Below, piece by piece: positions 1 through 8,518 of a DNA stretch of 29,906 bases. The notes under the pieces were generated by a model that was given only the letters and a program-made list of their open reading frames with translations, was not told where the DNA came from and ran no database searches. Source of the DNA: a virus (taxonomy: Duplodnaviria > Heunggongvirae > Uroviricota > Caudoviricetes). Both the position numbers and the translations under genes were made by a program. Every line of letters begins with the position of its first letter. Within the stretch, counting starts at the first letter, position 1. The stretch spans positions 1 through 29,906 of IMG/VR virus record IMGVR_UViG_2778261574_000001; one strand, given 5' to 3'.

Positions 1-1052
1 CCAAGGTATGCGAGAAGACCAGCCACATCCTTTCCACTCAAATTGGTAAGCGTATTGTCCAGCGGTTGTTTACCTGCCAGCGCATTAAGCATTGTCGTGG
101 CAAAGTTCGGATCATTTCCCAGTGCCGCCGCCAGTTCGTTCAGTGTATCCAGTGCAGCAGGTGCAGAACCCACCATTCCTGCAATCGCCGATTTCACAAA
201 AGCCGTAGTGGCAATCTGTGTATTGTTGACCGACTGCGCCGCCGTGGGGGCTGTTGGCGTTCCGGTGAGTGCCGGACTCGACAACGGTGCTTTCAGTGCC
301 AGCGCATTGTTAATGGTGGTACTGAAATTCGGATCATTGTTAATGGCTGCGGCTATTTCTTTCAACGTGTCCAGCGTGGCTGGCGCACCATTAATAAGGG
401 CCGTCAGTGCCGCCTGTACAAACGCAGTGGTCGCAACCTGCGTGGTATTATTCCCCGCCGCTGGCGTTGGCGCTTTGGGGGTTCCGCTAAATGTCGGGCT
501 GGCTTTTGGCGCGTACTGTGAATGTGGGTCCTGTGCGATAAGATGTTTTGCCATCAGGTCATCCACGTACACCTTCAGCTCCAGTACCTTGTCATCCACA
601 TACTTGCGGGTTGCCAGCACGACGGCAGGGTCGATTTTCAGGGTGATATTGTCCGTGCTGCTGGTAATCAGCACCATGCGCACGGTCTGGGTACGCCCGC
701 TGCCTTCAGCCAGTTGCGGCTTATAGCTTTCCGGGCAGTTACCCACGGCAATCAATGCCCCGGACTCATCAAACAGGCCCACTTCACGGATCCACCAACC
801 GCCCTCATTTTCAGGGATCACCTGTTCGGCAATAATCTGGCTGCTGTTCTGCGGGTCGATATAGAGCATATTCAGCGCAGCCCGGCGTTTCTCATTTACC
901 AGTGCTGTCTGCTTTGCGTCCGGCGCTGGCAATATTCCGCCGCCATCGCCGACTGCCATATGGGTAATTTTTAAAGGCACACCGAGCGCGGCGGCGCTGG
1001 CAAGTTTCGCCGCGCCAATATCCGTCAGCAGGGTATAAAATTTTGTGCTCAT
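1..1052 (-). CDS. H: Tail fibre protein H, N-terminal ~350 codons (partial; C-terminus lies beyond the window start)
   Basis: Minus-strand ATG at 1050-1052 overlaps the gpI stop (ATGA). My manual translation reads MSTKFYTLLTDIGAAKLASAAALGVPLKITHMAVGDGGG... and continues open to position 1 with repeated ...LDTL.E.AAA..NDPNF... fibre motifs. Follows I-J-W-V as in P2. Not in the ORF track because no stop falls inside the window. Confidence 0.85.
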   Translation of the reverse strand, partial: MSTKFYTLLTDIGAAKLASAAALGVPLKITHMAVGDGGGILPAPDAKQTALVNEKRRAALNMLYIDPQNSSQIIAEQVIPENEGGWWIREVGLFDESGALIAVGNCPESYKPQLAEGSGRTQTVRMVLITSSTDNITLKIDPAVVLATRKYVDDKVLELKVYVDDLMAKHLIAQDPHSQYAPKASPTFSGTPKAPTPAAGNNTTQVATTAFVQAALTALINGAPATLDTLKEIAAAINNDPNFSTTINNALALKAPLSSPALTGTPTAPTAAQSVNNTQIATTAFVKSAIAGMVGSAPAALDTLNELAAALGNDPNFATTMLNALAGKQPLDNTLTNLSGKDVAGLLAYL

Positions 1053-1654
1053 GGATTCACTCTCATTGTGTCAATAACATGGACCGCCCCGCCTTCATGC
1101 GCGGTGCCGCCGGAAATAATTGTTTCGTTGATATACGGATAGATCGTGATTTCTTCGCCAAGATAGCTGGCGGCTCCCACCCAATGCGGGCCGCTGGTCT
1201 GCAGATTGATAGACATGCCGATCATGTGACGGCTACATGGTTTGGCATCGCTTATCAGTCGCTCAAGTTCCAGATAGGTATCTTCAGTGATGCCCTGGTC
1301 CTGCACGCCGATATCCAGGCGAAACGTGCCCGGTGTTTCTCCGGTCTGCCACCACTCAATAATGCGGATCAGGAAGCCGAACGGCTCCACCACCCGCCGC
1401 ACGGCACTGGTGGTTCCTTTATGCTGATGAATATAAAAAGCATCCTTCACCACCTGGCGCTTGACGCTTTCTGTCCAGCCCTCGTCCCAGCGATCCACAG
1501 AGAACGCCCAGGCGAGATAAGGCAGGAAACTGACCGGACAGGTCGCCGGATTCCACAAGTCACGCAGCGGCACCTGCAAATCAGAAATCCCGCTACAGGT
1601 TTGCGCCAGTCGGCGCTCCAGTGAAGTTGAACCCGGTGGCAGCAGACTATTCAT
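1049..1654 (-). CDS. I: Baseplate/tail protein I (P2 gpI family)
   Basis: ORF track 201 aa, MNSLLPPGSTSLERRLAQ...; ATG confirmed at 1652-1654; position between J and H as in P2. Confidence 0.85.
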   Translation of the reverse strand: MNSLLPPGSTSLERRLAQTCSGISDLQVPLRDLWNPATCPVSFLPYLAWAFSVDRWDEGWTESVKRQVVKDAFYIHQHKGTTSAVRRVVEPFGFLIRIIEWWQTGETPGTFRLDIGVQDQGITEDTYLELERLISDAKPCSRHMIGMSINLQTSGPHWVGAASYLGEEITIYPYINETIISGGTAHEGGAVHVIDTMRVNP

Positions 1655-2555
1655 CCGTTCCTCCGTTGGTTACGCTCCACTGCGTACATGATGCCGCCTG
1701 TGTTTTGTTCAGGACCACATCCGCCAGCGGAGAAGCCAGTTCCACACGTTGAACACCCTCAACATGCAGAGCAGCAAAGATGGCGCTACGGCGAATATCC
1801 CGACCCAGCCGCGTCTGGCTGGCAATGTACTTCTGCAGACTGGCTTTTGCCGCTGCCATTACCGGCTCTGCTTCCGGTCCCGGATAGAGAAAAATGGTGG
1901 CTTCCACGCGATACGGGATGATTTCTGCGCTGCGAACCGTAAGACGGTCAGCCACCGGGCGGACGTTCTCACTGTTCAGAGCTTTTTCCACCACGTCCAG
2001 CAGGTCTTTTTCTGCAGTTCCATCGCCTTCGCGGCTAAGGACAGTCAGCACCACCTCTGCAGGTGCCGGGCTGGTTGCACTGGCATCCGCCACCCGACCG
2101 TCGGCGCTTCGGGCATGAAATTCATAAGCTGCAGTTGGCCCCGCAACAGAAAGCCCTTCAAAGGCTGCAGGCACACGCAGGCGCAACGCTTCATCGCTTT
2201 CCATCACAGCTGCAACGGGCGGCACTGCATCATTATCAGCAGGCGTCACCGTCAGGCGTGTCACGTTGTAGTTGGCAGCGAGCTGGTCAAGATCGCCGCC
2301 CATCGCGTAAGCCACCATCACCGCCTGCGCGGCTTCGTTAATACGCTGGCGCAGAAGCAACTCACGGTAAGCGTTCTCCTGCAACAATTTAGTGGCGGGT
2401 TCAGATTCCAGTTCCAGCGTGCGGATCACTGCTTCCTGCTCATCTTTCGGATGAAGCGCCACAAATTCTGCCTTGCGTTCGGCAAGCAGCGTCTCAAAGT
2501 CCGGCACATCCACAATCTGCGGTGCAGGCAACTGCGAAAGGTCAATCACTGCCAT
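1647..2555 (-). CDS. J: Baseplate assembly protein J (P2 gpJ family)
   Basis: ORF track 1647..2594; I place the start at the internal ATG 2553-2555 (MAVIDLSQLPAPQIVDVPDFETLLAERKA...), preceded by AGGAG at 7 nt; ~302 aa as in P2 J. Confidence 0.9.
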   Translation of the reverse strand: MAVIDLSQLPAPQIVDVPDFETLLAERKAEFVALHPKDEQEAVIRTLELESEPATKLLQENAYRELLLRQRINEAAQAVMVAYAMGGDLDQLAANYNVTRLTVTPADNDAVPPVAAVMESDEALRLRVPAAFEGLSVAGPTAAYEFHARSADGRVADASATSPAPAEVVLTVLSREGDGTAEKDLLDVVEKALNSENVRPVADRLTVRSAEIIPYRVEATIFLYPGPEAEPVMAAAKASLQKYIASQTRLGRDIRRSAIFAALHVEGVQRVELASPLADVVLNKTQAASCTQWSVTNGGTDE

Positions 2556-2901
2556 TCTCTGCTCCTGTTGATACGGAAAGGGACACAGGCACACCGTTAT
2601 TCCGCCGCCCGGTCAGCTCCACCACCATTGAACCGTCAAAATTGCTGTTGATGGTGATGGAATCCAGCGTCAACCGTGGCTCCCAGCGACTCAGCGCCAC
2701 ATACACTGCCGACATGACCTGCAGGCGTAATGCCGGATTTTGTGGCTGATCTATCAGTGCCGACAGCAGGGAACCATATTCCCGGCGGGCAATACGGCTA
2801 CCCTGCGGTGTCAGCAGAATGTCCCGCACCGACTGGCGCAGATGATCAATATCAGTAATGACTTTGCCGCTGGTATTGTTCATCCCGCTATAAAGCGTCA
2901 T
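2542..2901 (-). CDS. W: Baseplate assembly protein W (gp25-like wedge protein)
   Basis: 119-aa ORF, ATG at 2899-2901 overlapping the V stop (ATGA); position V-W-J as in P2. Confidence 0.85.
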   Translation of the reverse strand: MTLYSGMNNTSGKVITDIDHLRQSVRDILLTPQGSRIARREYGSLLSALIDQPQNPALRLQVMSAVYVALSRWEPRLTLDSITINSNFDGSMVVELTGRRNNGVPVSLSVSTGAENGSD

Positions 2902-3476
2902 ACCGGGCCTCCGGTTGTATCGCCGCCTTTCAGGACGCCAGTATGCTGATGCGCATCAACCACGATCCCGTTAGAACTCATCGCTCCGCCGCCCTGGGTA
3001 ACGCCACCATTGATCACCACTTCGCTGTTAATGCGCGTGCGGTCAGCCTCCAGTACAAACTCACTGGTTTTCATGGTGATGTTGTCAGCAGCCTCAATGA
3101 CCATTGATTTGATGCCCCTAACATACCAGCGCCCGGTGGCGGGTTCGTATTCAAACCAGCCACCGTCAGGATGTTCTGTCACGCAGGCGTCCGCCGACGT
3201 CGACGGTGGTGCGAACTGATTCGAATAGACAGCGGGCAGCGCAAAGGCGGTTTCCAGATTGCCGCCCAGACTCAGCAGCACCACCTGCTCACCTTCCGAT
3301 GGTCGCCACCATGTACGGGCATTCCCGGCACGCAGCGTCAGCCAGCTGATCCAGTTGGTTTCAAGCTCGCCCGTTTTCACCCGGCAAAGCCAGTTTTCCC
3401 TGTCCACTTCGGTGACTACCCCTGTGCGGATCAGGTTGGTGATAAGGCGCATGATTTCGGTTAATTGTGCGTTCAT
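2898..3476 (-). CDS. V: Baseplate spike/assembly protein V
   Basis: 192 aa, MNAQLTEIMRLITNLIRTGVVTEVDRENWLCRVKTGE...; recognisable P2 gpV-type N-terminal OB-fold region; ATG at 3474-3476. Confidence 0.9.
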   Translation of the reverse strand: MNAQLTEIMRLITNLIRTGVVTEVDRENWLCRVKTGELETNWISWLTLRAGNARTWWRPSEGEQVVLLSLGGNLETAFALPAVYSNQFAPPSTSADACVTEHPDGGWFEYEPATGRWYVRGIKSMVIEAADNITMKTSEFVLEADRTRINSEVVINGGVTQGGGAMSSNGIVVDAHQHTGVLKGGDTTGGPV

Positions 3477-3521
3477 AGGGAAAGGTTGCCATCAGGGGAA
3501 GAAAGGCGGCAGTGCTGCAAC

Positions 3522-3541
3522 TTGTATCAGTGCTGATACAA
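3522..3541 (-). promoter_or_regulatory. Perfect 20-bp dyad TTGTATCAGTGCTGATACAA (TGT-N12-ACA) in the S-V intergenic region; candidate Ogr/Delta-type late-promoter activator site (P_V)
   Basis: Seen directly in sequence. P2-family late promoters carry a TGT-N12-ACA dyad upstream of -35, and P_V lies between S and V in P2. The exact distance to the V start is unusual (centre ~55 nt from the ATG). Confidence 0.45.
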
Positions 3542-3544
3542 AGA

Positions 3545-3991
3545 TCACCCCGCCAGCCATTGCAGAATCATGTCGCGGGTCATTGCCTCAACATCATCAT
3601 TTACACCCAGCAGGCGGCGCTCTGCGTAACGGACCTCCGGTCCTTTGCGACTGACGCGATCACGCAGGCCGTAATGGTGAACACGGGCAATACGCTGCAC
3701 CTTGCCTTCAAACTGTACGCTGGCAGAGTCGGCGCTGGCGGCAGTTTTCAGGTATTTTGTGGTGCGCAACTTTGCAAACATCTGACATTTGATGCGGCCT
3801 TTTTTGCTGCGTGCTGTTACCCTGCGCGGTTCATAACTGCTGCCATCTGGATTGCGCTGCATCCTGATATTCTGCTGCTGTGTCCGGCGCAGTTCCTGCG
3901 CCAGCTGGCGCATCATGCGGCTTCTCGTGGCTGGTTCCAGATTCGCCAGCAAGGCACTCAGCCAGTCGTCCACCTTCTGCAGTTCAGCCAC
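3545..3991 (-). CDS. S: Tail completion / virion morphogenesis protein S
   Basis: 148 aa, MAELQKVDDWLSALLANLEPATRSRMMRQLAQELRR...; start codon is GTG at 3989-3991 (the ORF track shows alternative starts as M). Confidence 0.8.
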   Translation of the reverse strand: MAELQKVDDWLSALLANLEPATRSRMMRQLAQELRRTQQQNIRMQRNPDGSSYEPRRVTARSKKGRIKCQMFAKLRTTKYLKTAASADSASVQFEGKVQRIARVHHYGLRDRVSRKGPEVRYAERRLLGVNDDVEAMTRDMILQWLAG

Positions 3992-4415
3992 GTTTCACCG
4001 TCCACATTTCTTCAGGTTCATCGGGTTCTGCTACAGCTTCAACGCTCGACACACTGCCGTCAGTACTGACCAGCACACGTTCCGTCAATTGCAGGTTAAG
4101 GCTGATATCACAGACATCGTTGCGCAAAATATCCACCTCAAAGGTGAATAGCTTTTCCCGTAACGCCGGGTTATTGATGGCATCGGGCTGGTTATCCCGA
4201 AGCCACAGTAAAACCGGGGCCATCAGCAGATTCTGGTCGCCGCTGAAATCCTCTATCACCACGTTCAGGGTATAGCGGTACTCCCATGACATGGAGCTGG
4301 CCCCCGTGGCAACCAGCGAACCGTTATCCACAAACAGATGCAGTTTGTCCGGGTTATTGCGGACATAAGGCACCGCTTTATTGAGGGCGTGGCGCAGGGA
4401 TTGTGGTTTGTTCAC
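3984..4415 (-). CDS. R: Tail completion protein R
   Basis: ORF track 3984..4436 begins at TTG; I prefer the in-frame GTG at 4413-4415, giving (M)NKPQSLRHALNKAVPYVRNNPDKLHLFVDNGS..., co-linear with P2 gpR. Start codon uncertain. Confidence 0.75.
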   Translation of the reverse strand: MNKPQSLRHALNKAVPYVRNNPDKLHLFVDNGSLVATGASSMSWEYRYTLNVVIEDFSGDQNLLMAPVLLWLRDNQPDAINNPALREKLFTFEVDILRNDVCDISLNLQLTERVLVSTDGSVSSVEAVAEPDEPEEMWTVKRG

Positions 4416-4668
4416 TGTTTCGCTCCTGACACGCAATAATCATGTCCACTTTGTCTGCACAGACCGCCCAGGCGGCCTCCGTTTCATCCAGCAACGCGTT
4501 CAGGCCACCGTTAGTGCGCGGCGCTGCCTGTCCCAGCCGACACGGCGTCACTCGCGGACAACCACTGACGGTAAGCTGCACCTCCGGTGAGTGTGGGGCG
4601 TTCCCGCAGCCGGATAATGTCAGCAGGCAAAGGAGTATCAGCCCAGCGGCGTAAATCCTCGTTCTCAC
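4378..4668 (-). CDS. lysC: LysC / Rz1-like outer-membrane lipoprotein spanin, nested out of frame inside lysB
   Basis: 96-aa ORF in the alternate frame of lysB with a lipobox LTLSGC after a hydrophobic leader; GTG start; P2 has the same lysB/lysC arrangement. Confidence 0.6.
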   Translation of the reverse strand: MRTRIYAAGLILLCLLTLSGCGNAPHSPEVQLTVSGCPRVTPCRLGQAAPRTNGGLNALLDETEAAWAVCADKVDMIIACQERNSEQTTIPAPRPQ

Positions 4669-4939
4669 GTTTCAGTTCCTCAATCCGGTGTTGTCGTTGT
4701 CTCAGCAGTACACTGGTCTGTTCTGCTTCGGCATAGAGCCGCGCCTGCTCCCGGTTATTGGTTTCAGTCAGAATGGACAGGCTGATAAGCTGGCTGTTGC
4801 TCTTTGCCAGTGCCTGGCTTTTGCTCCGAAGCTCGTCTGCCTGCGTGCTAATGGTCTGGCTGGCATCAGCCAGCCGCCACGTCTGCCAGCCCAGCGCCGC
4901 CAGTAATAACGCCAGCACAACCAGCAGCAACCGGTTCAT
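4511..4939 (-). CDS. lysB: LysB / Rz-like inner-membrane spanin
   Basis: 142 aa, N-terminal TM helix (LLLVVLALLLAALGW) followed by a charged coiled-coil-like region; ATG at 4937-4939; sits after lysA as in P2. Confidence 0.75.
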   Translation of the reverse strand: MNRLLLVVLALLLAALGWQTWRLADASQTISTQADELRSKSQALAKSNSQLISLSILTETNNREQARLYAEAEQTSVLLRQRQHRIEELKRENEDLRRWADTPLPADIIRLRERPTLTGGAAYRQWLSASDAVSAGTGSAAH

Positions 4940-5313
4940 GCTGCTACCTGTTGCGCAATCTGATTACGGATCATCCAGAAGGCAATAACGGTCAGCAGAT
5001 AAAAGACCAGGGTAATAGCCCACCCCGTCCAGGCGAAACTTACGACAATCAGCAATCGCATCACCCAGCTGATAAATACGTTTTCTTTTCGGGTAATGGT
5101 CTTTAGCAAAGATGCCCTCAACTCCTGCCAGAGCGGGCCGTTCTTAATTAACGCAGCCAGTGCTACCGGAATTACCGCCCATGTCAGCAGACAGGCTACC
5201 CAGACACCGGACGCTGCCAGTACCGGAAAAATCCCCTGCGGATACACCATTGCTGCGATCAACAGCGCCATCCATAACATCAGAAACAGCCCGCTGATTA
5301 CTTTCTTTTTCAT
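4936..5313 (-). CDS. lysA: LysA-like multi-pass membrane protein (lysis timing/antiholin-like)
   Basis: ORF track 4936..5385; I place the start at ATG 5311-5313 (MKKKVISGLFLMLWMALLIAAMV...), which overlaps the endolysin stop; about four hydrophobic helices. Confidence 0.65.
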   Translation of the reverse strand: MKKKVISGLFLMLWMALLIAAMVYPQGIFPVLAASGVWVACLLTWAVIPVALAALIKNGPLWQELRASLLKTITRKENVFISWVMRLLIVVSFAWTGWAITLVFYLLTVIAFWMIRNQIAQQVAA

Positions 5314-5314
5314 T

Positions 5315-5827
5315 TCAGTTTGCTCCCTGTAAGCACCAGGCCATCTCCCGCGCACGGCGGTTATCCAGCCCCTGATTAAAAACACCTTTCACATAAACCC
5401 AGCGCGGCAACTGTCGGCACGCATCCGCCCAGCGCCGCTGATTGAGTAATTTCACCAGTGTGGAACTGCAGGCATTGCCCGTTCCCACGTTGAAGGCAAA
5501 CGACACCGCAGCGTCATACACCTTCTGCGGCGGCTGTTGCTTCACACACCTTTCCAGCGCCCGCTCCACACGCAGCACGTTGGAGATCAGCCCTTCTGCT
5601 GCCTGTCGCTCCGTAATGGTTTTGCCGGGAATGACGCCCGACGTATTACCAATGCCGTCGGTCCAGACACCCGCGCTGCACTGATACGGCTGCAGACGAC
5701 AACCTTCGTAATCGGCAATCAGTTTCAGCCCTTCCACGGAGGTGTGAAGCTGCTGAAAACCCGGCAGCGTGGCAGCAATAGCCAGCACGGCCCCGACAAG
5801 GCAGCGTTTAACGATTGATGGATTCAT
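5315..5827 (-). CDS. K: Endolysin (phage lysozyme) with N-terminal signal-anchor-release (SAR) domain
   Basis: 170 aa; hydrophobic N-terminus VGAVLAIAATLPGF, then a lysozyme-like core (...DYEGCRLQPYQCSAGVWTDGIGNT...); ATG at 5825-5827. Confidence 0.9.
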   Translation of the reverse strand: MNPSIVKRCLVGAVLAIAATLPGFQQLHTSVEGLKLIADYEGCRLQPYQCSAGVWTDGIGNTSGVIPGKTITERQAAEGLISNVLRVERALERCVKQQPPQKVYDAAVSFAFNVGTGNACSSTLVKLLNQRRWADACRQLPRWVYVKGVFNQGLDNRRAREMAWCLQGAN

Positions 5828-6023
5828 AGTCCTCCCGCGAGATCTGCCCGTCGCGCAGAAGTTGGTAGGCTTTGTGTTTGTAGTACCAGTTGATAGCCAG
5901 CATCAGCACACCAATCATCAGGCCGCCCAGCGTTGAGGCATCCTTGATGGACAAATCGCCCAGCCAGGCCAGCACGACGGCGATGCAATACGTGATAAAG
6001 GCGCTGATTCGCTCAAGCGTCAT
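5808..6023 (-). CDS. Y: Holin (small, two predicted TM helices; pinholin-like given the SAR endolysin)
   Basis: 71 aa, two hydrophobic helices and a charged C-terminus (KHKAYQLLRDGQISREDYESINR); immediately upstream of the endolysin and overlapping it by 20 nt. Confidence 0.6.
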   Translation of the reverse strand: MTLERISAFITYCIAVVLAWLGDLSIKDASTLGGLMIGVLMLAINWYYKHKAYQLLRDGQISREDYESINR

Positions 6024-6026
6024 AAT

Positions 6027-6230
6027 TCAGTCCCATAGCTGGACGGTCTGCACGGTGGTGGTGGTCGGAATGTCCGGTAGCTCCACCTGCAGCCCGTGAG
6101 GTAAAAAGGGGCCGTATTCGGCAAGCCCCGGATTTGCCTTCAGTACCTGCTCCGTGACACCCTGCGTGCGCCCGTAATGACGCCAGCAAAGCGCGTCCAC
6201 CGTGTCATACTGATGCGCACGCACTTTCAT
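6027..6230 (-). CDS. X: Tail protein X (P2 gpX family)
   Basis: 67 aa, MKVRAHQYDTVDALCWRHYGRTQGVTEQVLKANPGLAEYGPFLPHGLQVELPDI...; same size and position as P2 X. Confidence 0.85.
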   Translation of the reverse strand: MKVRAHQYDTVDALCWRHYGRTQGVTEQVLKANPGLAEYGPFLPHGLQVELPDIPTTTTVQTVQLWD

Positions 6231-6694
6231 CAGATAAGCTCCACTGTGCAGTGCGGCGCATCCTGCACCCGGCTGATGGCCCAGCGGGCGTCACGCCACA
6301 AATCACCGCTTGCTTCCGCCAGTTCCTCGCCCCGCTTCACACCGGACGCCGTGGCGTCATAGTCCTGGTAACGTTCGTTGAGCATGGCGCGTGCCCAGCA
6401 GTAAACCGCGTTGAAATAATGCTGAATGCGCTCACTTTTGCCGTCCAGCTGTTCCGCCGGGACCTCAGCCAGCGACGCATACCCCAGCATCTGCTGACGT
6501 CTGCGAAACTCATACAGCTCTGCGTTGACCTCCGAAATTGCCGACAGCGCAACCTGCTTTAAACGCGGCTGCGTCACCGTGCCGTCAGTGCGCATGACAC
6601 TGCGAAACTCCGACAAGTCCACATCAGGCCAGAACGGCGTATTCCTGATGATTTCCGCCTGTTCCGGTGCCTGTTCTGGCGCAACAAACTTCAT
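6230..6694 (-). CDS. L: Head completion/stabilisation protein L
   Basis: ORF track 6230..6757 starts at GTG; I prefer ATG 6692-6694 (MKFVAPEQAPEQAEIIRNTPFWPDVDLSEFRSVMRTDGTVTQPRL...), preceded by AGGAGA. Confidence 0.8.
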   Translation of the reverse strand: MKFVAPEQAPEQAEIIRNTPFWPDVDLSEFRSVMRTDGTVTQPRLKQVALSAISEVNAELYEFRRRQQMLGYASLAEVPAEQLDGKSERIQHYFNAVYCWARAMLNERYQDYDATASGVKRGEELAEASGDLWRDARWAISRVQDAPHCTVELI

Positions 6695-6789
6695 GCTGCT
6701 TTCTCCTGAAATAAAGGGCGGTGGACGGGGTTTTGATGTGGTAGTGCCTTTCGCCACCCCGTGCCGCCCGTGCGCGGGGGCACGTTCTG

Positions 6790-7440
6790 TCAGCGGCTGT
6801 CATTGCGCAGTCTGCGCTCCAGCTGCTGTTTGTCTTTTTTCACGCCACAGCGGGGATCGAGCTGTAATGCATGGTTGAGATGATTAAGGGCGGAAGCCGG
6901 GTTACTTTCACTCAGGACAGCGCCAATCGCTTTATGCAGACGCGCCCGTGACTGGTCCGGCATATCCAGACCGTCTGTCAGCTCCAGCGTCTGCAGCAAC
7001 AGATCGGCATCAAAGCCGGTGGCGGCAAGCATTGCGCTCTGCGCCGCGTCTGCCATTTCCTCTGCCAGCACGGTCTGCACGTTGCGGTTACCCAGCGGCA
7101 TCACCCAGCCATGACGCAGGGCATGACGCCCGATCTCCAGCGCCCCGGCATAATCTCCGGCATCAATGCGCCACAGCATCACGTACATCAGCACGTCATC
7201 CTGTTGAGCGCCTCCGGCAGCCAGTACACCCTCAGCCCAGGCGGCGTACTTCGGCAGCAGCTCCACCTTGATTTCCGCTTTTTTGACTGTGGACTGAACG
7301 CCCTTGAGACGGCGGCGGTCTTCTGCCAGTTGCAGCAGCATCAGGTCATAGCCCGACGCGTGGCGAACACTGCCACCCTCACGGGCGGCCTGTTCAGCCT
7401 GAACGCGCAGGCGATGCTGCCGTGCGGGACTCAGGCTCAT
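6790..7440 (-). CDS. M: Terminase endonuclease (small) subunit M
   Basis: 216 aa, MSLSPARQHRLRVQAEQAAREGG...; position between N and L as in P2; ATG at 7438-7440. Confidence 0.85.
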   Translation of the reverse strand: MSLSPARQHRLRVQAEQAAREGGSVRHASGYDLMLLQLAEDRRRLKGVQSTVKKAEIKVELLPKYAAWAEGVLAAGGAQQDDVLMYVMLWRIDAGDYAGALEIGRHALRHGWVMPLGNRNVQTVLAEEMADAAQSAMLAATGFDADLLLQTLELTDGLDMPDQSRARLHKAIGAVLSESNPASALNHLNHALQLDPRCGVKKDKQQLERRLRNDSR

Positions 7441-7443
7441 GGA

Positions 7444-8502
7444 TTACGCTCCGGTTTCTGCTGCGGCGGCGCTGAAGTCGCCAATCTGGATGTTTTCCAC
7501 CAGTGCGGCGCAGCGGTAGTCCTCAACCACATAGGCTTCGTTAACGGATTCAAAGTTTTCAATCCGGTCACGTTTCGGGTTGTCGATAACTGAACGGCGG
7601 CGGGTGTCTTCCTGCCAGTAGATGGACAGGTTATCCAGACGGGTGATCAGCAGCGCATTCGGCGGGAAGAATGGCGCACGCACGGCCTGCAGGCCACCCA
7701 TGCGTTTCTGGCTGATGATCATATCGGCAGCCAGTTTTTCACTGTTTTCCTGCTCTTTGTTGACCAGCGGGAAATACTTGTCAGACAGCAGTTCACGACC
7801 ACAAATCACCACCAGATCGTCATCGTCCTGGTAGACCACGTCGATAAGCTCATTAACGGCATCCATCACCACGGCGTCCAGGTTGGCATATTCGCCACCT
7901 TTCCCGACTTTCACCGCCCCCGGAGTGGTTTCACCGCCCGTGGTGGTGCTGCCCATGACGTGATCCGGTGCATCCTCACGGATTTTCTGCAGCCAGCCTT
8001 TGTTCACATCCTGCAGCAGCGGGTTTTCGCTACGGTTGGAGGTTTTCGCACGCTTCACGCCGTTAAAGCCGATCATGATGCGGTCCAGTGCCTGACGTTT
8101 CACGATGGCGTCACGGATGCGCACCTGGAAATCCTGAAACTTCGCCCACAGATCCAGCTTCGCGTAGGTCAGCACCGTGTCAAAGTTGGTCTGCTCGCAT
8201 TTATATTCCACATCGACCATCAGCGTCGGATCGACAGGCTCACGCTCTTTCGCGGCGGTATCAGTGGTTCCGGCAATGGTGCTGCCAACACCCAATCCAA
8301 GCAGCTGACCGGACTGCTCAGTCACTGGCGTGACGTTAATCAGCGTCAGGAATGCGGCGGACTGCTGGATCTGATCTTCCAGCGTCTGCTGCACGGACGG
8401 CTCTACGGTGAACTTGCTGGACAGTTCTTCAACTGCCACACCGTTCAGACGCGCCAGCTGCTGCAGGTAAGCGTTAAAAGCAAAGCGGGTATTCTTCTTC
8501 AT
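7444..8502 (-). CDS. N: Major capsid protein N
   Basis: 352 aa, MKKNTRFAFNAYLQQLARLNGVAVEELSSKFTVEPSVQQTLEDQIQQSAAFLTLINV...; P2 gpN family. Confidence 0.95.
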   Translation of the reverse strand: MKKNTRFAFNAYLQQLARLNGVAVEELSSKFTVEPSVQQTLEDQIQQSAAFLTLINVTPVTEQSGQLLGLGVGSTIAGTTDTAAKEREPVDPTLMVDVEYKCEQTNFDTVLTYAKLDLWAKFQDFQVRIRDAIVKRQALDRIMIGFNGVKRAKTSNRSENPLLQDVNKGWLQKIREDAPDHVMGSTTTGGETTPGAVKVGKGGEYANLDAVVMDAVNELIDVVYQDDDDLVVICGRELLSDKYFPLVNKEQENSEKLAADMIISQKRMGGLQAVRAPFFPPNALLITRLDNLSIYWQEDTRRRSVIDNPKRDRIENFESVNEAYVVEDYRCAALVENIQIGDFSAAAAETGA

Positions 8503-8518
8503 CAGGTTTTGTGCTCCA

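Noticed and set aside
43-974. Plus-strand ORFs 43..726, 66..521 and 522..974 from the six-frame track
   Set aside because: They lie antisense to the strongly supported minus-strand tail-fibre gene H; their translations are low-complexity (A/S/V-rich or R/C-rich) mirror-frame artefacts of a GC-rich gene.
1749-2651. 300-aa plus-strand ORF antisense to J/W
   Set aside because: Cys/His/Arg-rich nonsense typical of an antisense frame; J on the minus strand is well supported.
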